A stretch of DNA of 64,000 nucleotides from Eubacteriales bacterium. Its GTDB lineage: Bacteria > Bacillota > Clostridia > Oscillospirales > JAAYXM01. Position 1 is the stretch's first letter, and each line of letters opens with the position of its first letter. The stretch is taken from NCBI GenBank assembly GCA_045595605.1, contig JAZOAS010000149.1, positions 5,462 through 69,461 of the forward strand, in the 5' to 3' direction. Shown here piece by piece: positions 49,117 to 57,834 of the stretch. Under the pieces are notes generated by a model that did no database searches, was not told where the DNA came from, and saw only the letters and a list, made by a program, of their open reading frames with translations. Both the position numbers and the translations under genes were made by a program.

Positions 49117-50178
49117 ATGATAAGAATAATTTCTCCGGTAAATGAAGATGAAAACCGCGCGGGGGCTGTTGCTTTTACTTGTTCACGCATAGCAAGGTCA
49201 ATCAAAGAAGCTTTTTCTGATAGCTTATCATACGCTTTTTCTTCTGAAAACAAAGCAGTTCAGTTACTGAAAAGTATATATCTTATTTTTAAAACCTATA
49301 TATGGTTGCTTAAAGGCGATATTGTTGCGTTTATTTATCCTACAATACCGCTATATCCTGCGACATCGAGAATAAAATATCATATTTCCTCTTTGTTCTA
49401 TAAAATAATGTTCAAAATAAAAAAGATAAGTGGCGGGAAGCTGGTTTTTATTATTATAGATTTGCCGAAGGAGCAGGAGGAGAGTTTTAATACCAAACAT
49501 ATACAGATATCCTATGATAAGTTTCTTAAGTTTGAAAACAGGATAATCGAAGAGGCATCCAAAATTATTTATTATTCAGAAGGATTTAAGAAGTTAATTG
49601 AAGATAGAGAAATAAACAGCAACGCAGAGAGTTTTGTTTGTTCGGTTGGATATGCGCCCCAGGGGATACCGAAAGGTGACGGTAAGCCCACAAAGATTTT
49701 TTATTCGGGTGAGCTTACACGGAGCTATGAAAAAAACAAGCTTCTTGAGATATGTAATTGCCTTACCGAAAATGAAGAATTGATTGTTTGTGGCAAAAAC
49801 GGTGAATGGCTTAACGAATTAAAAAATGGCAGAGTTTCCTATAAGGGATATGTTGATTCAAAAAAGCATGATGAAATTGCAGGACAGTGCGACTTCGGGC
49901 TTATTGTATATCCTGATGAGGGGTATTATCGGTATGTGACACCGGCAAAGTTAAATGTTTATATTTCGCTTGGTCTTCCTGTCCTTGCAATTTCCAATTT
50001 AACCATAAAAAAGGTTTTTGAGACATTCAAGGCAGGAGAAAGTGTTTCTGAAGAAGAATTTATTCCGACATTCAGAAAATGGTGCGACGAAAAACTATAC
50101 CGTGATTATCGGAAAGTATATAATGAAGTGGATTATCATGCTCTTTATTTAGATTCGATTCGCAGAGCTTTTCAGTAA
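49117..50178 (+). CDS. Putative glycosyltransferase (galactofuranosyltransferase-like C-terminal half), otherwise hypothetical
   Basis: The C-terminal pattern YRYVTPAKLNVYISLGLPVLA resembles sugar transferases of lactic-acid-bacterial eps loci. Weak assignment. Confidence 0.45.
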   Translation: MIRIISPVNEDENRAGAVAFTCSRIARSIKEAFSDSLSYAFSSENKAVQLLKSIYLIFKTYIWLLKGDIVAFIYPTIPLYPATSRIKYHISSLFYKIMFKIKKISGGKLVFIIIDLPKEQEESFNTKHIQISYDKFLKFENRIIEEASKIIYYSEGFKKLIEDREINSNAESFVCSVGYAPQGIPKGDGKPTKIFYSGELTRSYEKNKLLEICNCLTENEELIVCGKNGEWLNELKNGRVSYKGYVDSKKHDEIAGQCDFGLIVYPDEGYYRYVTPAKLNVYISLGLPVLAISNLTIKKVFETFKAGESVSEEEFIPTFRKWCDEKLYRDYRKVYNEVDYHALYLDSIRRAFQ

Positions 50179-50198
50179 GGGTATGTGGGGGTGTTAAT

Positions 50199-51359
50199 AT
50201 GAAAATGACATATGTCAGCGACTCTATATTCTATACGGATGGAGAGAATTATTACTGCAAGGTGTATTTTTCTCCTGATGAAATTGTGTCTTTATGTCCG
50301 AGAGTCGAACATTTGTTTGTTATCGCCCGTATAAGAAAAATCAACCCGAAAGAAAGCTATAAGTTAATATCCTGGTCGAATTGCTCGGTAGAGTTTATAA
50401 ATGTAGAAGATAAAAACAAAATAAAGCAAATAAGAAACATATTCGAAGTTTCAAAAAGACTGAATAGTATCAGCGATATTTCGTATTTGAAATTTTGCTT
50501 TATATCTTCATACATTTATGGCTTGCAGATCAAGAAAAAGCATAACGGGAAGATTTATTTCAGTCAGATGGTGGGAGATCCTGACTGCATCTTATCGTTT
50601 TCCTCCTCGAAAGTTAAGAAGCTGTTGTTATCGGCCCTGAACTTTTTTCAGAAAAAGCTTTATTCTGCTATTGCCAAAAAAATGGATTTGCAAATATTTG
50701 TTTCGAACAAACTCAAGGAAAAGTATGCAGTAGAATCGGTAAAATCAATAGTTGTTAATGAAAATCGCTTCAGAGAAGCAGATATTGTTGATTTGAAAAA
50801 TGCTGAACCGAACACTATTGGAAAAGGCCTTAAGTTAGTTTTTGTTGGCAGGCTTTCGCCGGAGAAGAGGGTGCAAGACCTGTTGTTCGCACTTAAAAAA
50901 CAAAGTGAGGTAAGTCTTAATATTATAGGCGACGGTCCGCAAAAAGAAGAGCTGGAAGCTTTGACTATACAGCTTGGATTAAATGAAACGGTCGCATTTT
51001 CGGGAAGAAAGGAATGGGGAGATGAACTTTTTTCCGAATTGAAAAGGCATGATATCCTGGTTCTTCCATCTGAAAACGAGGGACTTCCCTTGGTTATTGC
51101 TGAGGCAATGAGTTGTGGGTTGCCTGTAATAGCTTCAAATGTCGGAGGAATCCCTGAAATAGTCAGAAATGAAGTGAACGGGCTATTATTTGAAAAAGGC
51201 GATCTGAACATGTTGGAAGAAGCCATTAACAGAGTTAAGGATGGCGAGTTCAGACTTAAATTAGCATCAGAATCTGTGAAGACAGCACATGAGTTTTCGT
51301 TTGACAATCAAACAAAAATCTTGAAAAATGAGCTGAAAAAAATACTGAAGGAAAATTAA
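50199..51359 (+). CDS. Glycosyltransferase family 4
   Basis: FVGRLSPEKRV...LPSENEGLPLVIAEAMSCGLPVIASNVGGIPEIV..EVNGLL. Confidence 0.85.
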   Translation: MKMTYVSDSIFYTDGENYYCKVYFSPDEIVSLCPRVEHLFVIARIRKINPKESYKLISWSNCSVEFINVEDKNKIKQIRNIFEVSKRLNSISDISYLKFCFISSYIYGLQIKKKHNGKIYFSQMVGDPDCILSFSSSKVKKLLLSALNFFQKKLYSAIAKKMDLQIFVSNKLKEKYAVESVKSIVVNENRFREADIVDLKNAEPNTIGKGLKLVFVGRLSPEKRVQDLLFALKKQSEVSLNIIGDGPQKEELEALTIQLGLNETVAFSGRKEWGDELFSELKRHDILVLPSENEGLPLVIAEAMSCGLPVIASNVGGIPEIVRNEVNGLLFEKGDLNMLEEAINRVKDGEFRLKLASESVKTAHEFSFDNQTKILKNELKKILKEN

Positions 51360-51360
51360 G

Positions 51361-52503
51361 ATGAAAAATGTTTTGGTTTTAGAATTTATAACATCTTTTG
51401 GCGGCGTCCAGGCAGTCTATAAAAACATATTGCCTGAAATGGCAAAGGAAAACAAAGTTTTTTTCTTGAATCCATATAGCGAAATGGATGATTTGGAAAT
51501 TGGACAACTTGATAATATCGAAGTTGTAAAAATGTTATTAAATTCTGAAAAAGCTCTTGGCTGGAAGCGCGGAGTTTTCAGCAAAATATTAATTTGTTTG
51601 AAATATGGAGTCAAATATCTGGCGTATTTTTTCAAAATTGCAAAGTTTGTCAGGAAGAAAGAGATAAACCTATTATATGTCAGTGGTAAGAAAGAATTTT
51701 TATTTGCATATTTGATCAAATGTTTTTGTGGTGTCCCGTATATATATCACGCTCATGGATTTGGAAAAGTCACAGACATTAATCGCTTTACAAAGATTGC
51801 AATTAATAATGCAGAGTATGTTATATGTGTTTCCAATGATGTAAAGAGTAAAATACAGAAAAGTGGAATAGAAAGTGAGAATATTGTTGTTATTAACAAT
51901 GGATTGAGCTTGCAGAGTGCTGAAGAAAAAATAAAGAACGCAAAGCGTTCCGATGAAAGAGAAAAGGGTTTTTTGGTCGTCTTTGCCGGAACGATCCAGG
52001 AACAAAAAGGTGTCCTGACATTGGTAAAAGCAGTTATGCAGTTAAGAAAACAAGGATGCAATATTAAGCTTAATCTTGTGGGCGTCTGCAATAATGAAAG
52101 TTACATGAAAGAGATCAAGAATGAGGCTTCGGCGGAAGTGGTTTCTATTTGCGGATTTGCCGAAAATATCTATGAGTATTTCCTCAATGCCGACCTTATT
52201 GTACTTCCGTCAAAAGAGGAAAGCTTTGGCATGGTTCTTTTAGAGGCAATGTATGCAAGAAAGGCGGTTATAGGCTCAAATATAGGTGGCATACCTGATA
52301 TCATCGTTGATGGACAGACGGGATATATATTTGAGTGTGATAATCATATTGATTTAGCAGAAAAGATACTGAAAGTATATGAAGACAGGGATTTGTGCTG
52401 CGCACTGGGTGAGAAAGGCTTTGCTCGTGTGTGCGAGGTATTTACTGCTGAAAAGCAAGGGAAAAGGATTAATGCATTAATTAACGGTGAGGGGAATAAA
52501 TAA
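51361..52503 (+). CDS. Glycosyltransferase family 4
   Basis: FAGTIQEQKGV...LPSKEESFGMVLLEAMYARKAVIGSNIGGIPDII.DGQTGYIF. Confidence 0.85.
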   Translation: MKNVLVLEFITSFGGVQAVYKNILPEMAKENKVFFLNPYSEMDDLEIGQLDNIEVVKMLLNSEKALGWKRGVFSKILICLKYGVKYLAYFFKIAKFVRKKEINLLYVSGKKEFLFAYLIKCFCGVPYIYHAHGFGKVTDINRFTKIAINNAEYVICVSNDVKSKIQKSGIESENIVVINNGLSLQSAEEKIKNAKRSDEREKGFLVVFAGTIQEQKGVLTLVKAVMQLRKQGCNIKLNLVGVCNNESYMKEIKNEASAEVVSICGFAENIYEYFLNADLIVLPSKEESFGMVLLEAMYARKAVIGSNIGGIPDIIVDGQTGYIFECDNHIDLAEKILKVYEDRDLCCALGEKGFARVCEVFTAEKQGKRINALINGEGNK

Positions 52504-53600
52504 TGGTTATCATAATCCGAGATAATGAGTGTATTGAACCAAGAATAAAGACATATGAGGGTTTTTTGACAAAGAACAACATTCCTTTTCTGACATTGGG
52601 TTGGGACAGAAAAGGCATTTGTTCAGATGATGAACACCATATTTTCTTTAAAAAACGGGCAGAATATGGGAAAAAGATATTCAATATATTGCCGAAGATT
52701 GAATGGATGCTCTTTGTAAACAAACAGCTGAGGATAAGAAAAAAAGATATTAGTGTAATTCATGCATGCGATGTTGATGCTGTTATACCCTCATTTAGAT
52801 TTGCAAAGAAAAGAAATATAAAGATAATTTTTGATGTTTTCGATTGGATTAGCTCGGAGCTCGATAACAATTTTGTTTTCAGCTATATTGAAAAACTTGA
52901 GAACAAATATTTTGAGAAAAGCGATTTTGTAATTATTTGTGAAGAAGAGCGAAAAAAACAAGCCGCGACACTTGCAAAAAATTTACTTGTAATGCCGAAT
53001 ATTCCATATAAAGATTATGTACCTGATGTTTCAGTAATAGAAGAAGTAAAGAGAAGGAAGCGTGATTACAAGTTAACTCTTGGATATGTTGGTGTTTTTG
53101 ATTATAACAGAGGGCTTGAAGACCTTCTGAGGGCAGTAGGAGAAGCCGAGGATATTTCTCTTGAAATTGCAGGATACGGTGGCCTCATCGAAACAGTTGA
53201 AAATGCTGCAAAAAAGTATAAAAACATACATTTTTGGGGTTCGGTTGAATATGATAAAGGACAGACCATCCTTTCCCAAACAGATGTTGTTGTAGCCCTT
53301 TATTACCTAACAAATCCGGTTCATCGTTTTGCTGCGCCGAATAAATATTATGAGGCATTAAAGCTGAATAAACCGCTTTTGACAACGAAAGGAACCTTAG
53401 TAGGCGAAAAGATTGAAAAGTATAACACAGGAATCGTTGTTGAGGAAGGGGTCAGTTCGATTCTTGAAGCGGTGAATATTTTCAGCGACATATCAAAACT
53501 TGAGGAATTGTCCGAAAACGCCCGTAAGCTTTGGGAAAATCACTACAAAGATTATATTGAAAATTTCCTGGAAAAAGAATATAAAAAAATATGCATCTGA
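52503..53600 (+). CDS. Glycosyltransferase (GT-B fold)
   Basis: GYVGVFDYNRGLEDLL ... NKYYEALKLNKPLLTTKGT: a degenerate GT4-like C-terminal half. Confidence 0.65.
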   Translation: MVIIIRDNECIEPRIKTYEGFLTKNNIPFLTLGWDRKGICSDDEHHIFFKKRAEYGKKIFNILPKIEWMLFVNKQLRIRKKDISVIHACDVDAVIPSFRFAKKRNIKIIFDVFDWISSELDNNFVFSYIEKLENKYFEKSDFVIICEEERKKQAATLAKNLLVMPNIPYKDYVPDVSVIEEVKRRKRDYKLTLGYVGVFDYNRGLEDLLRAVGEAEDISLEIAGYGGLIETVENAAKKYKNIHFWGSVEYDKGQTILSQTDVVVALYYLTNPVHRFAAPNKYYEALKLNKPLLTTKGTLVGEKIEKYNTGIVVEEGVSSILEAVNIFSDISKLEELSENARKLWENHYKDYIENFLEKEYKKICI

Positions 53601-53617
53601 AACGGTGGGTGAAGCAG

Positions 53618-54799
53618 ATGGTAGAGTCTAATAAGATTTGTTGTGGTTGTGGTATTTGCGAAAGCCTTTGTCCGACAAATGCTATCAGGATGGAAAAGGA
53701 CACATTTGGTTTTATGCTTCCTAAGGCTGACGAGAGCAAATGCATAGGTTGCACTGTGTGCAATAACAGGTGTCCAATGGGGTCAGAAGAAGCAAAAAAC
53801 GAATTTAGTCAAAAGTATTATGCAGCAGTTTCCAGAGACCATGTTTCCTTGAAAGACAGTGCATCAGGCGGAGCTTTTTTTGTGTTTGCAAAAAAGATAA
53901 TAGAAGAAGGCGGAGTTGTTTTCGGTTGCATACTTGATGACGAACAGATGCCCATCATTACATATGCAGAGCGCATAGAGACCCTAAAAAAAATGCAAGG
54001 TTCGAAATATGTGGAAGCAGAAGCGAAGGAATCTTTTTCGGAGGCAAAAAGATTTCTTGATGAAGGAAGACGAGTTTTATATTCCGGAACGCCATGCAAA
54101 GTGGCTGCACTAAGGCAATATCTTAATAAAGAATATGACAAGCTCGTTTGCTGTGAAATAATATGTCACGGCGTTGCAAGCAGGGAGCTGTTTCGTGATT
54201 ACCTTGATTATTTGTCAAGAAAGCTTGGAGGAAGAATTATAAGTGTATCCTTCAGGGACAAGAAAAAAGGATGGGGGAATTTATTAAAAATAACCTATGA
54301 AAAGGACGGGAAAGTTCGCGAAAAGTTCTTGTCGTATGCAGAGAGTTCCTACTACTATTATTATGTAGTGAACGCAACTTACAGAGAATCATGCTACGAA
54401 TGCCCGTTCGCAAAGATAAACCGAGAAGGCGATATTACCATCGGTGATTTTTGGGGTGGACGCGCCCTTATTCAGAATGTTGACCCCGATCTTGGCGTTT
54501 CCGCAATTATTGTTTCTTCGTTAAAGGGTCAGAGCATATTTAATGAATGTTTAGATTTATTCAGTTATGTTGAGACAGAGATGGAAACAATGACGAAAGA
54601 AAACCCAAACCTTTTGCACCCCTCTGAACGGGGTTCTGAAGCAGATTTGTTTTGGAAAACATATTCTGATGGTGGATTTGAAGCCGTGGAGAAGTTGCAC
54701 AAACAGATGCATAGTAAGAGTATATTAAAAGAAAAAATCAAAAGAATACTTCCGATGTCATGTATTAAGATTATAAGAAAGATGAGAGGAACTGTATGA
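53618..54799 (+). CDS. FrhB/FdhB-like (coenzyme F420 hydrogenase beta-subunit family) Fe-S flavoprotein with N-terminal 2x[4Fe-4S] ferredoxin motif
   Basis: CCGCGICESLCP and CIGCTVCNNRCP ferredoxin motifs, then an FrhB-like body (GSKYV, CEIICHGV). ATG 53618 preferred. Confidence 0.75.
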   Translation: MVESNKICCGCGICESLCPTNAIRMEKDTFGFMLPKADESKCIGCTVCNNRCPMGSEEAKNEFSQKYYAAVSRDHVSLKDSASGGAFFVFAKKIIEEGGVVFGCILDDEQMPIITYAERIETLKKMQGSKYVEAEAKESFSEAKRFLDEGRRVLYSGTPCKVAALRQYLNKEYDKLVCCEIICHGVASRELFRDYLDYLSRKLGGRIISVSFRDKKKGWGNLLKITYEKDGKVREKFLSYAESSYYYYYVVNATYRESCYECPFAKINREGDITIGDFWGGRALIQNVDPDLGVSAIIVSSLKGQSIFNECLDLFSYVETEMETMTKENPNLLHPSERGSEADLFWKTYSDGGFEAVEKLHKQMHSKSILKEKIKRILPMSCIKIIRKMRGTV

Positions 54800-55866
54800 A
54801 AACATTAACGATAACACTCCATGATACAGATAATTGTGGTTCTTCATTACAGGCGTTTGCTCTCCAACAGTTTTTGTTGAAAAACGGCATCGAAAATGAA
54901 ATAATAGATTATACCCCTCAATATTTGAAGTATAACGGAAGTAAAATTAGAGCTTTTGCAAAAAAAGTGCTTTTCTTCTTTCCTACAATAAAAAAGGATA
55001 GAAAGTTTAAGCTATTTAAAAAAGAGCATCTAAAAGTTACAACTGAAAAATACTTCACGCTTGAAGAGCTAAAAAATGCAAAGCTGACGGCAGATTGCTT
55101 CATTACTGGGAGTGACCAGTTATGGAATGATACCTTTATGTGTGGAAGAGACCCTGCATATTATTTGGGGTTTACTGATGAGAATAAAGTTGCATATGCA
55201 GTCAGCTTGGGAAAAGAAAAAGTCAGTTTGGAAAACAAAAAAACAATAGCCACTTTTTGCTCAAACTACAAATGGATTTCCGTAAGAGAACCATCGAGCA
55301 TTGCTGAGGTATCAAGTGTTACAAAAGTACCGGTGAAGCATGTTTGCGACCCCGTTTTTTTAAACACAAGAAGTACATATTCAGCAATAGCCCGAAAAGT
55401 GAAAGTAAGCGATAAATATATTCTGGTTTATTTGGCGCAGGCGGTTGATAAAGAAGCAATGAATTTGATGCTTGCCTGTTTGAAAGAAAAATTGAATTGC
55501 AAAACTATTTTGATAGGAACTTGTGTTAAAAAGTGCAAATGTGATGTTCATTTAAAATCAGCATCGCCTGAAGAATTTTTATATCTGATAGAAAACGCAG
55601 AATATGTCATTTCAAATTCATTCCACGCAACGATGTTTTCGCTTATATTCCAAAAACAGTTTTCAACATTGTTACCAAAAGATAACAGTGCCAGGATAGT
55701 ATCTGTGCTGGAAGATCTGGGATTGCAAAGTCATGGATTGGAAAAACCGCATTATGCAGATAATGATATCACAGCGGAAGAATATGAAGTGATTGCGAAG
55801 AAATTAGATAATTTCTCAAGAGAATCAGGAAAAGCATTACTTCAACAATTAGGAAACTTATGTTAG
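54796..55866 (+). CDS. Polysaccharide pyruvyl transferase (CsaB/WcaK family)
   Basis: TLHDTDNCGSSLQAFALQQFL N-terminus, GSDQLWN, SNSFHATMFSLIF. 4-nt overlap with the FrhB-like gene. Confidence 0.8.
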   Translation: MKTLTITLHDTDNCGSSLQAFALQQFLLKNGIENEIIDYTPQYLKYNGSKIRAFAKKVLFFFPTIKKDRKFKLFKKEHLKVTTEKYFTLEELKNAKLTADCFITGSDQLWNDTFMCGRDPAYYLGFTDENKVAYAVSLGKEKVSLENKKTIATFCSNYKWISVREPSSIAEVSSVTKVPVKHVCDPVFLNTRSTYSAIARKVKVSDKYILVYLAQAVDKEAMNLMLACLKEKLNCKTILIGTCVKKCKCDVHLKSASPEEFLYLIENAEYVISNSFHATMFSLIFQKQFSTLLPKDNSARIVSVLEDLGLQSHGLEKPHYADNDITAEEYEVIAKKLDNFSRESGKALLQQLGNLC

Positions 55867-55880
55867 GGTAAGGAGGGATT

Positions 55881-57068
55881 ATGTTGAGAGAACAAGAAAG
55901 ATTTTTATCAATCCTTTCTGATTATATATACAACCGCCAAACTTTGCTCGATGAAAATATTAATTGGAGCGAATTAATAGAAATAGCTAAAAAACATCAA
56001 CTGCTTGGTATAATTATAGAGCAGGCGAGTGGAAATAAAATTGACGCTTCAGCTAAGAATATATTGGTAAATCATTTTGCACAGATGATAAAGGTTAAAA
56101 CAATACAGGAGCAATGCCTTTCAGAGGTAGAGGAATACCTTAATAGTAATAATATACAACATTGTATTGTTAAAGGAAGTGTTGTAGCTAAGTACTATTA
56201 TCAAGAGCATCACCGCTCAATGGGGGATATCGATATCATTGTTAATTCAAACGATAGAGAAAAAGTGCACGAGTATTTGATTTCGATGGGGTTTGAAAAC
56301 AAGTCAAGAAACATAAATCACGAATGGGTATATATGAGAGGGGTTTGTGAGATAGAGCTACATGACAGGTTAATATATCCAGAGGTCTTTAATAAGAGTT
56401 GTGAGGAGAAATTCTTCAACAATCTTTGGGATCATGTAAAGAACAACGAGCTTGAACAAAATTTTCATTTTCTCTACTTGATATATCATTTAAAAAAGCA
56501 TATGACTTCTACTGGAGCAGGCTTCAGGCAATTTGTTGACTTATGTCTTATGTTGAAAAATTGTTCGGAGTTAGACAAACCCCTTATTATTAAATATCTA
56601 AAACAGACAGAAATGACAGAGTTTGCAAAAGTGATTTTTTCGTTTTGTGCATACTGGTTTAATGATAAATCGTTACGCTTTTTCGAAGGGGATTTTAAGT
56701 TGGGCCCTGAAGTGATGAAAAGACAGACAGAGATAATTTTTCGGAACGGAGTCTTTGGTGGCAACAACGAGGACAACAGAATTAACGTATCCGTAAATAA
56801 TCTTCGTTTCAGTAAATTTAGATTGATTTCAAAATTTCGGGTTATCTTAATGCAGTTATTTCCCAGTTATAACAATCTAATAGCAACGAGTAAATACGAC
56901 TTTTTGCGTAAGAGACCGTATTTATTACCGTTTGCTTGGGTGTACCGTTTTTGTATTAACGCAAAAAAGGGGAATATAAAGTCTTTTTTTGAGAAAAAAG
57001 TAAACTTTGCTTCATTAGAACAGCAAAAGAAGAGAGAAGAAGATTTAGAGCAGTGGAAAATAATTTAA
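55881..57068 (+). CDS. Uncharacterised nucleotidyltransferase family protein (NTP_transf_5-like)
   Basis: VKGSVVAKYYYQEHHRSMGDIDIIVNSNDREKVHEYLISMGF matches the KG...R.MGDIDLLV signature of that family as I recall it. Confidence 0.6.
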   Translation: MLREQERFLSILSDYIYNRQTLLDENINWSELIEIAKKHQLLGIIIEQASGNKIDASAKNILVNHFAQMIKVKTIQEQCLSEVEEYLNSNNIQHCIVKGSVVAKYYYQEHHRSMGDIDIIVNSNDREKVHEYLISMGFENKSRNINHEWVYMRGVCEIELHDRLIYPEVFNKSCEEKFFNNLWDHVKNNELEQNFHFLYLIYHLKKHMTSTGAGFRQFVDLCLMLKNCSELDKPLIIKYLKQTEMTEFAKVIFSFCAYWFNDKSLRFFEGDFKLGPEVMKRQTEIIFRNGVFGGNNEDNRINVSVNNLRFSKFRLISKFRVILMQLFPSYNNLIATSKYDFLRKRPYLLPFAWVYRFCINAKKGNIKSFFEKKVNFASLEQQKKREEDLEQWKII

Positions 57069-57093
57069 AAAAGGCGTCTAAATTGATAACAAC

Positions 57094-57124
57094 AAAAGCC
57101 TCGGTGCATTGCACCGAGGCTTTA
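57094..57124. terminator. Bidirectional terminator between the EPS locus and rsmG
   Basis: A4-GCCTCGGTGC-att-GCACCGAGGC-TTTAT. Confidence 0.75.
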
Positions 57125-57133
57125 TCTTAAATT

Positions 57134-57832
57134 TTACAGTGGGCTTGCTTTTATTTTTGCAAAGCGGCGGGGATATTTTTTGGGGGTTTCCGATACCTTC
57201 TTTATTATGAGCACCGTATGGGTAATATCCGAGTCATAAAGCGGGTAGTCAAACCTCTTCTCAATCTTACCGCCGAGTGTTTTTATCGCGTTCTTTGCGC
57301 GGTTTATTTCCTCTTCGCAGTCGGATGCCTTCATCGCAAGCATTACTCCGCCGACCTTTACAAACGGAAGGCACATCTCAGAGAGCATCGAAAGGTCAGC
57401 TACTGCGCGCGAAACTGCGATGTCGTATCCTTCGCGATAGCCTTCTATGTTCGCCTGCTCCTCAGCGCGCGCGTGGAGAAGCTCGACATCGGAAATTGCG
57501 AGCTTTTCACAAACTGACGAGAGAAAATTTATTCTTTTTCCGAGCGAGTCGAGAAGAGTAAGCGAGATATCGCTCTTTGCAAGGCGAAGCGGAAGACCCG
57601 GAAAGCCTGCACCGCAACCGACATCTATAACGCGCTTACCCGAAAAGTCATAAGAGGTAAGAAGCGCGAGCGAGTCGGCGAAGTGGCGGATGCAAACCTC
57701 GCGCGGTTCTGTTATCGCCGTGAGGTTCATGACCTTATTTGTTTCGATAAGCTCGTCTGCAAAGGTAATAAAGGGCTTTGCCGAAGCTTCAATATCAAGA
57801 CTTTTGAAAATATCGTTAAGTAAAGCTTCCAT
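57134..57832 (-). CDS. rsmG: 16S rRNA (guanine527-N7)-methyltransferase RsmG (GidB)
   Basis: SAM motif VIDVGCGAGFPGLPL, 232 aa, downstream of mnmG. Confidence 0.92.
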   Translation of the reverse strand: MEALLNDIFKSLDIEASAKPFITFADELIETNKVMNLTAITEPREVCIRHFADSLALLTSYDFSGKRVIDVGCGAGFPGLPLRLAKSDISLTLLDSLGKRINFLSSVCEKLAISDVELLHARAEEQANIEGYREGYDIAVSRAVADLSMLSEMCLPFVKVGGVMLAMKASDCEEEINRAKNAIKTLGGKIEKRFDYPLYDSDITHTVLIIKKVSETPKKYPRRFAKIKASPL

Positions 57833-57834
57833 TT

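Noticed and set aside
43376-52960. Homopolymer runs (A8/T8) inside glycosyltransferase and wzy genes (e.g. ~43385, ~43655, ~44838, ~48243) as phase-variation switches
   Set aside because: Runs of 7-8 A/T are expected in such AT-rich coding sequence and are shorter than typical slipped-strand contingency tracts. All the genes are intact. It is not testable from one sequence.
39708-57133. EPS region as a tRNA-integrated genomic island with att sites
   Set aside because: There is no integrase, recombinase or transposase gene. I also found no copy of the tRNA-Tyr 3' end (…GGTCCGAATCCACCCTCCTCCA) or of the AATGATGTT motif at the right border (57069..57133). Only the compositional shift remains, and that is reported separately.
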